Shown: piece after piece, positions 50,955-61,303 of the stretch
Numbering within the stretch: the stretch's first letter is position 1
Layout of the letters: every line of letters starts with the position of its first letter
Source of the DNA: Setoptus koraiensis
Lineage: Eukaryota > Animalia > Arthropoda
NCBI GenBank assembly: GCA_048013815.1
Contig: CM106586.1
Location: 17,112,001 to 17,176,000, forward strand
Direction: 5' to 3'
Length of the DNA stretch: 64,000 bases
The notes under the pieces: generated by a model
What the model was told of the DNA's origin: nothing
Seen by the model: only the letters and a program-made list of their open reading frames with translations
The model's database searches: none
Program-made: the position numbers and the translations under genes

Positions 50955-53900
50955 GCTGGCGACCTTGATCGGCGAAACGGCCACCAGTGGCCATGTCGCG
51001 CTCGCTCGTTATCGTCGGCACCTCCGCGGCGTGCCTTATGCCCGGCCCGGTCGCAATTGCACGGCGCGGTCGCGTTCGCATGGCGCGTTTGCTTGCTCTG
51101 GTCGCGTTTGCTTGCCCTGGTCGCGTTTGCGCGGCCCGAGCTCGGGCCGCTCGAGTCGCCGGCGCGGTCGGCGGGCCGACGCGAGCGGACGTGCTGCACT
51201 CACCTGAGCGACAACAATGCCAATCAGTGATTATAATGGCATCGTTGGCGTTCCCCGTTGTGCGGCCAGATGCCGAGATGCGCCCAGCGTCGACACTCGA
51301 CCAGCAAACAAAGAATGCAAATGAATAGCGTCCACATGAATAGCATTCATTGGCCAATAAACGGCCAAAATGCAACAGACTGGACACTGTTCTCATGGAG
51401 TGTATTAAAACGGCAAAAATTTACAAATGAACGAGTGGACAAATGACAGTCCCAGTGACAGTGACGCTGACAGTGACAAACAGACAGATTGCGATCGCTC
51501 AAAATCGGCCCGACCGACCGGCTGTTTGCCGGCCGCGGCGCCTCTCGCCGGGCCCAATCTCACTCGACGGGCCGGCCCGTTGAATAATATCGGCCGGCTC
51601 GTCGCTGGCCGATCGCTATCTGATTCAGATGATCTGGAGCGCTCTCACGATCATTCCGCGAACTAATTCCGACAACATTCCGGTGACATTCGGCCCGAGC
51701 GATTTGGGCCAGTCGCTTGAAATCGCGTCGGCGCCCACTGCTGCCACCACCAGCACGCCGCGGACACTAACGCAGTGCGGGCCGGGCACGGACGCGGCAA
51801 CAGGTCGCAACGGGCCGGCTTGCGACAGGTGCCTCGGCCGGCTTGCGACAGGTACCTCGGCCGGCGGCGGAGGCCCGGACGGCGCCGATTCGCCCAGATT
51901 GCGTGCCATTTCGTGCCACTTCGTGCCGCTTCGTGCTATTTCGCGCCGTTTGGAGCCGTTTTGTGCCGCCATGTGCCAATGGCCACGGCACAGGACGTTG
52001 GTTCGACGGCGCTGGACAGTGTGGGCCTACGGTCACCGCGGCGCAACTGGCGAAATTGATTGATGCCATTCGGTGTGCGCCATTTGTCACGACTGTGCCA
52101 GCCTGTTTGTTTGCTCATGCGGAATGTCATGCAAATGAATGGCCGGCGAGCGGACACTGACAGCGCCTAATGAGCAACAACAGCAACAACAACGGCGAGC
52201 GAAACTACAAGCGCCGTTGTTTATATTTGTTTTGACACATTCTTGCATAATAATGAGCGAGCGAGCACGACGGCGCGGCCGGCAATTGCATTAGCATGTC
52301 GTCTTGCTGTCAGCCGGCCGGCCGGCCGGCCGGCGGCAACAAGAGGCCGGCCCACGTTGCTCGCTGGCCGATGGTGCCGGGCCGGCGCGTTCACGACACA
52401 ATCGGCGGCCGGCCCGGCGATTGGCCGAACGACAAGTGATTTATGACGACTTTTGAAGTTGGCTGTCACACAGCCAGTTATTCGATAACTGGCGCCCGTC
52501 CGATGACCGGCACCGTTGGCGTGTCGCTGGCGTGATTACGCCGCCCGATTATGCAAATCATGCGGCAATCATCGTGCCCGTCAGCCGGTCTGCGCAACAG
52601 TGCGATGTCAATCGGCGAACCCTTCCACCTGTTGCCAACAACACCGACGGCGCTGTTTGTTTGCCCGTCGTCGGGCCGGCCGCCGCTCGTTGCGCCGCTC
52701 GTCGAGCCGAGCGCTGCGAGCGGCAGCGCATCAATCTTGCCAGCTCCACTCGAGATAAGTGCCTGTCAATCAGCGCCGACCGTCCGCCGACCGAAGGGGC
52801 CGCTGTCGACTGGACGGTGTCGGGCAAGCCGCATGATACAATCAGTGCGCACAGGCGGCGCGGACGGCCCGCCTGTGCACTGTGTCCCGGCGCTCGCCGG
52901 GCGCAAGCGGCGCTCAGCGGGCCCGCAACAGCGCCGGGCACGCCAACGCGCCCTCGGCCGGCCGCTGCTGGCGTGACCTTTGTGCGAGCGGGGCACAATT
53001 AACTTGTCACTATTCCGATAATTCTAATGATAATTGCGCCATGATAATTGCGTGTCGTCCGACGATGACGGCTTAATTTAGATTGTCGCTGTCGCTGTTG
53101 TCGCTGTTGTTGCTGTCGTTGTTTTCAGTGTTGTTGTTGCTGTCGTTGTTTTACATGTTGCTGTTGCGGTCGTTGTTGCCGCCGTCGTTATCGATGTTGT
53201 CGTTGTTGGCGCTGCTATCTGCGCCGGCATCTGATCGATTGTTTGTTTGCATGAGCGATTTGTTTGTTTGCCGGTAGCCTGTCGGTGCCGGCCCGCCGCC
53301 GTCCATCACGCCGCTCGACCGGCCGCCAGCGCTCGCCGGACAGCTCGCCGGCCAGCCTCGAATCAATCAGCCCGATGCGCTTAATTAAGTTAGCGATGGC
53401 GCCACCGACTCACCTGTTGTTGGCCCGTTCGCTCGCTGCTTGCTGGCCAGCGCCGTTTGTCACTCCCATTGGCTCGCTTGTCCGGCTTGTCGGGCCAGTT
53501 GCGGCTGTCGGCCGTTTTCACGGCCAGCCGTTAATAGGCCCGTCGCCTGTTGCAATTGGAATTGAGTTCACATTGGCGAGCACGTCCGTCGGGCCGCGCA
53601 CGAAGGCCCGCGGACGCGCGTTTAACCGGCTATTTGCCGGCCGAATCAATCATAATCACGTTAGCGCGCCGATGCCAACAACAACACTGACATCGGCCAA
53701 CTTGTCAGTGGCGCTCATTACTGGCCACACTGGCATTTGCGCCAATCAGCATATTGACTCAATATTATTGAGCCAAGCAGCGCGCTTGATTGCAATTAAT
53801 TGCTGCCCGACCTTGGCTACCTGTCGGCCAGTCTGGCCACTTTGGCCACTTTGGCCAGTCTCGTCGCTGCGGCCATATGGTCGGTCTTGTTATTGCGGCC

Positions 53901-56900
53901 AGTGCGGCCACTTTGGCCGACTGGCGGCCGGTGGCGGCGACTGGCGGCTGATTTGCATGAGCGCAATTCAAATCAATCGGCGATTGATTCGTGTCAGTGT
54001 CGCACAGCGCACGCTGGCCGCCGCTGTTTGTCGTTGTCGCTGTCGCTTGTCGCCGATGACGCAACAGCGACGAGCGACAGCGACCAATTGGCCGCCGAGC
54101 GTAGCGAATCGGCTGTGTGTCATCACCTGTTGCACCTTAACCTTGATTTGGGTTGTCAATTGTTGTCAATTGTTGTCCGTCAGACAACCAGGCGACCGGC
54201 GTTTCTCTCATTGTGCACAGGCCACTCGGCAGATTCTCGACGGATTCTCAGCAGATTCTCGGGGTGCGCAATGCGCCAACAACAGCGACGACGGCGACAA
54301 CGGCGACAACAGCAACAACAGCGACCATCGGCAACTGTCACTCGATCCCACAAACGGCGCTGTTGTGGCTGTTGCGATTGTCGCGGTTGTCGCGGTTGTT
54401 GCTGTCGCGGTTGTTGCGTTTGTCGCATGGTCACAGTGGCGGTCGCAGTGGTCGTCGCGCAACAACAATGGCGCAAACAGTCGAGCCAGCGACAGAGCGA
54501 CAGAGAAAGAATCAGAGCGAAACAAGCTGACGGCGATCGCGCACCCAGCGCCACCAACTTTCTCTCGGCTGGCCACTGGCCGCTGGTAAGTGTGCGCTTC
54601 GACAGGTGAGTCGGACAGGCTGCTCGCTGTGACTGTTTGCACGCAGCGCCTTTCGGCGGGCGTTCGGCGCGGCGCACCGAAGCAGCAGCCGTTTGTGGCC
54701 GTCGATTGGCTGCGCTCATGAAACGACCACAACAGCAACCACAACAACAGCAACAACAACAGCAACAACAACGACAGCAGCAACAACAACGACAAGTCAA
54801 ATATCGATCACAGCCAATTGCGGCTCGAGTCGCGTTCGATTTGTCCGAGCTGTCGAAGCGTTCGCTCGAGCTTTGAGTTGGCTCTCGGGCAATTCGCTCT
54901 CGTTCGGCGTTCGGCGTTCGCTCTCGTTCGGCGTTCGCTCTCGTTCGGCGTTCGGCGTCGTTCGACTGGTCGCAGCAATTGCTTTCCATTGGCTGCTCGC
55001 CTTGCGGCCGTCCGTTCGCCGGGCGACGTTGTGCGAGTTCGTGCGCTTCGAAACGACCAACAAAGAATTAATAGCTTTTTCCCATTCTTGCGCTGCTCCA
55101 GCGCTGCACTCCGGCCACTGCACTCCAGCAACTCTGACAGTGACTCGGGCAGATAGTCGCTCTGGCGACTGGCAGTTCGCACAGAATTCCCACCTCGTCC
55201 CAGATTCCTGCGCGCTCCATGTTCTGGGCGCTTCGCAGAGTGGGTTCTCTATGCCGCCGTGCTCCAGAAGAAGCGTTCTCTCGACGGAGCGTTCTCTCGG
55301 AGCGTTCTCTCGAAGCGTTCGAGCCGCAGAAGCAACAGGTCGTTCGATTGGCTGGCACAACAAGCACAACAAGCACAATGAGCACCGCAGACTGCGGCCC
55401 GTCGCGGCGGCGGCGGCGCTGCAAACGCTCTTACCACCTGTTGATCGTGGTTGCCTCTCGCCGACTGGCCGGCTCACTGGCCGGCGCTCGTTCGTGAGCT
55501 GGCATAATTATTAATCTGGCCCATGGCTTCGCTCCGACGAGAGACGCAACTCGCTCAGCGATGCTTCGCTCTGAGCTCTTTCTCTGAGCCTTCTTTTGGG
55601 AGCATTCTTTTCGGTGTCCAGTGTCCACTAAACTCGCCGGCTCGCGAGCGCCACCGCCGGCCAGTTTAATCTGCGCCGGGCGCCTCATTCGAATCTTGCG
55701 CACGCCGATCGAAAGGCCGGCCGAGGCGCCGGCCATAAAACCAGCTGATCGGGCCATGCAAATCAGAGCCGATCAAGTGGCATGCAAATGCGCGCACACA
55801 GTTTTGTATGATGCAACCACAACGAGACAATCGGCCGAGATTGTTGTTGGGCACACACACACACACACACGAGAAAAACGTAAGAAAAAGGCAAGAAAAA
55901 CGCAACAAGTACGCAACAAATACCCAAGAAATCGTGCTAATCTGCAATTAATCATTTCATCGTCTCACTCAATTCGGCGGGCATTCATGCCTGACGTGGT
56001 CGGCCGACATGAGCAAATCTCATTTAATAGTTAGCTTGTCGTTGTTGCGCAACTCGGCCCATCGAGCATCGAGCAAAGCGTTGCAAATCGTCAACTGGCT
56101 GCCGTGTTCCAATCGATTGGTCATTCTCGTTGCCATTGGCCCGCTGACCAATCGCGCAACATCCCGACAGTGGCAATAATAATAACAATGCCGATAATGT
56201 ATGTAAATGTTTGTAGCGCGGCAGCGGGCGCCCAGAGCGAAATCGGGCGCCCGCTGCCGGCCGCTCTGTTACTGCGCGCATGGTCGTTTGAGGCGCCAAC
56301 TTGCGGCGCGGCTCCCGGCCGCCGCAGTCTGCGGACATGGCTTGTGCTCATTGTGCTCATTGTGCTCAGTGTTCTAATTGTGCTTGTTGTGCGGCGGCGG
56401 AAGTGCGCCGAATCGGCACTTCCGGTGCGACTCGTATCGCGGCTCGTATCGCGACTCGTATCGCGAACCGCGGAGACGGCCGGTCGGCCAGGTTGGCCGC
56501 CAACAGCCAACTGTTACCAGTACAAATTTCCAGTTCGCTTCGCGGAGCTTATGCCGGCGAGCGCAACAATGGGCGCCCTCGAATGATTATCGCTCTGCGA
56601 CTCGCAGACTGCGGAATCTCGCGAACGCCACTCACAAACGGCAATTGTGACTGCAATCGCAGTTTGTGAGTGAATGGCCAATGTGACTGGCAAATCGCCA
56701 ATGGCAAGCGGCAAATATACGAATGCACAAATGCGAGCGTCGGGCCGGCATCGGCGGGCCTCGCGTCCAAGGTCACCCGTCCGTCCGACGGCTAGCCAGT
56801 GGCGGCACATTTTTTTTTTTCGTTGACGGCTGTTTGTTTTTAGCGGAAAACAACGCTGAGCAAACAACAATCGCGCCACGAAGCCATCAAAGTCGCAGTC

Positions 56901-59856
56901 AGCATCGCCGGCCAGCGCATAAACAAAACAACTTAATCAAGATCAATCATCAGCAATCAGCGCTTTGCCGGCCGAAACAGTTTTAAATAAATCAGCTCAA
57001 AACAATCCAATCCGCCATGCAAACATGCAGCTCTACTCGACTTATTTGGCCGTTTGTCAGTGCCAAACGTTGCGTTACCCCCCGGAATTATAACTAGTCT
57101 AGTCAGTTTGATGCCGTTGCCGCTGTTACGCAATTGCGGCGGCGGCGGCACCAGCAATCAAGTCAGCAGCAATCGAGTCAGCAATCGAGTCAGCAGTCGA
57201 GTCAGAGCGGCAGAGTAAATCACCTGAATCACACTGTTTTAGCGTCGCTCGAGCGAAGGTTAACATGCGAGCGCAAACAATCGCCAAAAGTGGATTACAT
57301 AATGCTTTTTATTATTTCATTTCATTTTGTTTTATTTCATGCCATTCCGTTTTATCGCCGGCTGCTCGTTGTTTCTCGTCTCGCCGGTTCTCGTCTCGCT
57401 GTTTCTCGTCGCGTCGCGTCTCGTCTCGTCGTTTCTCGTCTCGTCGTTTCTCGGCCTCGCTCACTCCCTCGCTTATCGTCGCCGCTCTCAGCCGCCCGTC
57501 GCCGCTCTGCGCTCTTCGGCGGCTCCCGACGGCTCGCGGCTTGCGTGGTCGCCGGCCCGGCCGCAACAAACAAACCCACGCCTCGCATCAAGTGCAAACA
57601 GCCACCTGATGATTTCTCGATTGCTCAATCAAACGTGGCATCTCGACTCGAGACTCTCGAGAGCCGCTCATCGGCGCTCGATCGCGGACTCAGCGCAACC
57701 AAACGGTGGCAGCACTTTCGCCGACGCGCTGGCGGCCACCGTCGGCCGGCCGCACCGGCCCGGTCTATTCACAGCGCGGTTCACAGCTCGGTCCGGTGCG
57801 GCCACGGTGCGGCCCGGTGCCGCCACGGTGCGGCTTCGGTTGCAGGGCCAGACGCTCAGGTGCGAGGCAAGCGCTTTGCCGGTGTGAGAATTCGGAAGCT
57901 CGCACTTAAACGGCTCGCAATTTTGTTGCAAACAAACGGATAAATATAAATCGTTGGCGTTGGCTGGAATTGCGGCGCAGCAGCCTGCTCGAGCCGTCGG
58001 CTCGCATGCTCGGCTGCGGCGTTCGGCTCGAGAATTCGGCCGCGCCGTTCGGCGTGAGAGTGGCCCGGCGCTGAGAGTGTGTTCGCGGTGCGAAGCCTAA
58101 TTACGCGCCGGAACGCGCATCAATCAAAACACAAACGGGCCAGGCGAAAGGCGCACAAAGGAGCCACTTGGCCGAAAACAAAATTGTTGTAATCAATTGG
58201 ATTCGCGGCAAACCGCTGCCGGTCGCACTTGACTCCGCTCTCGCATTTATCCATTCGTTTGCAGCCAGTTGGCTGTCTCACAGGTTATAACTCACAGGTT
58301 ATGACTGGCGCGTTTTCACTCGCGAGCGACAAGTGACCGCAGACGCGTCGTCGGTTGCGGCCGGCGCTTTGGACCTCAGGTGAGTCGGCTGTCGACGCGG
58401 CCCGAGCCAGCGCGCCGGGCCGACGGTCACGCCGCCACGAGAGCCCGTCCGCTCGGTTCAACCGGGCGATAGCGGGCCGATACCGGCGGTGCGCCGCGAT
58501 ATTAGCCGATCATCATCGCATTGTTGTGGCATTGTGGTGATCGGTTGGCGCTGAGCGGCCGCTGAGTGGTCGGCTGTTGTTGTGCCGGCCGGCGGGTTTC
58601 TGCGGCGCTGGTGGCCACCGGGCCGGCACCGGCGACGCTGGCAACGTTGGCAACACTGTTGCAGTTATCGGTTTCTCCGCGACTATTGCGAATCGCTTCC
58701 AACGAATCTCGCACTTCCAACGAATCTCGCACTTCGGAACGAATCTCGCGCTCCGAAACGATGCCCGTCGCTTCGAAGCGCGAGGGCGACTGCGAACGCG
58801 CCCGATAACGCATGCCGCGCGCGGCCCAAACGATCCGTCCGCAAACGATCCGTCCGCAAACGCACGCAACAAACGACGGCGTCCACTGGAGCGTGCTCCT
58901 CTCTCTCTCTATCTCACCTTATTAATTTTTCACTTTCGCCACTCGCGGCTACCTGTTGCCCGGCCGCCTGTTATCTCGCTACCTTTTGGCTGGCCCGTGT
59001 GCCCGCTCGTTGGCTGTGTTTTACCCTGTTGAGCCGGCCAAAGTTTGCCCATCGCTTTTTACAAAATTTACCTGTTGGCCGGCGCGATGCCAGCAACAAT
59101 TTTGCAAGTAGCAACAGGTAGTTAAGACGGCGGCATTAATAGCCGATGAGCGGCCGGTATTAAATAAAAAACTCAACTCAAATATGTTCGCGTGCAAACA
59201 CTTGTCTCGGCGTCGGTCAGTTATGCGGCCGCAGCAACTTGTGGCCGCAGCAGCTATGAATTGACTGCCGGCCAACTATCGCTGGAATTATAGTTATAAT
59301 TGGTGCAACAACAACTGACAGAATCGAAATCATTTTTTATGCTTTCGCTTTTTACACTGTGTACGAGTCACATTCTTAGAATCTTTGCGAGCCGACTTTC
59401 TAAGCAAACACTGTCGCTGGCCACTGCCACCGGCCAAAGCTGGCCAGTCGCCAGAATTACGTAATTAAATTTATACTTCTTTTTACTTATTTATACTTCG
59501 GACAGAGCTGGCCACTAATCAGGCCAGCTCAAACTTATTTTGCTCATTTTATTTTATAGCAACTGCGCGCTCATGGGCCGCAATCAACCACAATCGACTG
59601 CAATCGCCTGTAATCAAATTAGAATGTGTGTGGTCGTGGTCGCCAATATCGTCTACGGCTGGCTTCCGACGCGTCAGCGCAAACGCATAAAAGCTAGCGA
59701 CGAAAGGCCAGAAATAGCCTCGCAGCGATACCTGGGTGTGACACTATTTCGGCCCTCGCCGGACCATTCTTGTGCAGACCGCTGCCATAGTCGCTCGGGA
59801 AGAGTGTCCGGCGAGACTATCGCCAGATCGGTGCGCTCGTCGGGCGCCAGCGGCCT

Positions 59857-60066
59857 GTCCGAAATGGTCCGAAATGGTCCGAAATGGTCCGAAAAAGTCC
59901 GAAAAAGTCCGAAAAAGTCCGAAAAAGTCCGAAAAAGTCCGAAAAAGTCCGAAAGAGTCCGAAAGAGTCCGAAAGAGTCCGAAATGGTCCGAAAAAGTCC
60001 GAAAGAGTCCGAAAAAGTCCGAAAGAGTCCGAAAGAGTCCGAAAAAGTCCGAAAGAGTCCGAAACA
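59857..60066 (+). repeat. 10-bp minisatellite GTCCGAAA-NN x21
   Basis: An invariant 8-mer with a variable last dinucleotide (TG/AA/GA/CA); counted directly. Confidence 0.95.
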
Positions 60067-60409
60067 GAGTGAATCGCGGGCCGATTTCGCAACTTTGAAT
60101 CAAAGTCAATCAACTGGGCCGAAGTGCATCGCCTATCCGATTGCGTAATTGTGTTCGTGATGCCCGATCACAGCTCATGTGGCTCGCATGGCATTTGATG
60201 TCATGCGATGGCGCATTGGCGGCCGCAATCAAAGTCGCTCGCTTACCTGTCCGACGCGAGCGCCAGAGTGTAATCTAATCAACGACAGGTAGCCGGCACC
60301 GGCGAACAGGTAGCCAAATAAAGCGCAAACAGAGAGTGTAAATGAGGAGAACAATGCCGGCCAAACGGTAGCTCGTGGCCAAAGTTGTTTGCGTCATGAT
60401 GACGGCGAC

Positions 60410-60463
60410 GACGCCGATGACGCCGATGACGCCGATGACGCCGATGACGCCGATGACGCCGAT
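60410..60463 (+). repeat. 9-bp perfect tandem repeat (GACGCCGAT) x6
   Basis: Read directly. Confidence 0.92.
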
Positions 60464-61230
60464 GATGTAATTGATGCACCAGCTGCCGGTCAGCTGATAC
60501 AAATGACGTAATGCGCGGCGTAATTTATTGCTGGGGCTGTGATCGGTGGGCTCGAAAAAAGACAAGGTGAGTGTTGTTGCGGCGATCATTACTCATACTC
60601 ATGTGTGATGTTGCCACTTGTTGTTGTTGGCACTGGCAACATGTGTATTAATTTAAACAACAGTAGTTTGGCTATTAGTGATTGCGTCATGAGCGTGTGT
60701 GTGTGCGAGTCGTGATGAACCTGTCCGATTGTTTATATCGGCTCGCATTGGTTCCGGTTTCGCTCTCGCGGGCTCTCGCTCTGTGTGCTCGTTGCGTCAT
60801 GACGTCCTGGTCGGCTGATCATGTCGGCTGTCGGCCGTTATACAGCTACAGGCTGCCCTATACACCCTGCGCTGACCCGTAGCGATGCCGGCACGATTCG
60901 GGTCCCGTGCCGGAGTTACGCAGGCGTCACCTGTCGGCTCGAATGGGCTCCATTTGTCGTTCATGGCGGTGCAATAGCTCGCATTATGCGAGTCGTATAC
61001 CATACCTAGTGTAATAGTGTAATATATCTATGATATATTATGTGATACGACAACAATTGCAACAATGGCCGCTTGTTTTTTTTTGCGATCAAAGCGCCAT
61101 CTCATCCTGAGTGCTCGCCAAAAGATAATAATCTGGCTGTCGCTGCATCATTTGTAGCGCGTGAGACACCGCAACAAATCCGGACCGGTTATGGTTGCGC
61201 GCCAACTGCAACAATATCAATACACGGCGG

Positions 61231-61303
61231 TATATATATTAGTAATGTATATATATATTAGTAATGTATATATATATTAGCAATGTGTATATATATATAT
61301 TAG
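61231..61303 (+). repeat. 19-bp tandem repeat (TATATATATTAGTAATGTA) x about 3.7
   Basis: Read directly. Confidence 0.88.

Noticed and set aside
48262-60066. CRISPR-like interpretation of the 22-bp and 10-bp arrays
   Set aside because: Eukaryotic context, no unique spacers of 25-45 bp and no cas genes; these are plain tandem repeats.
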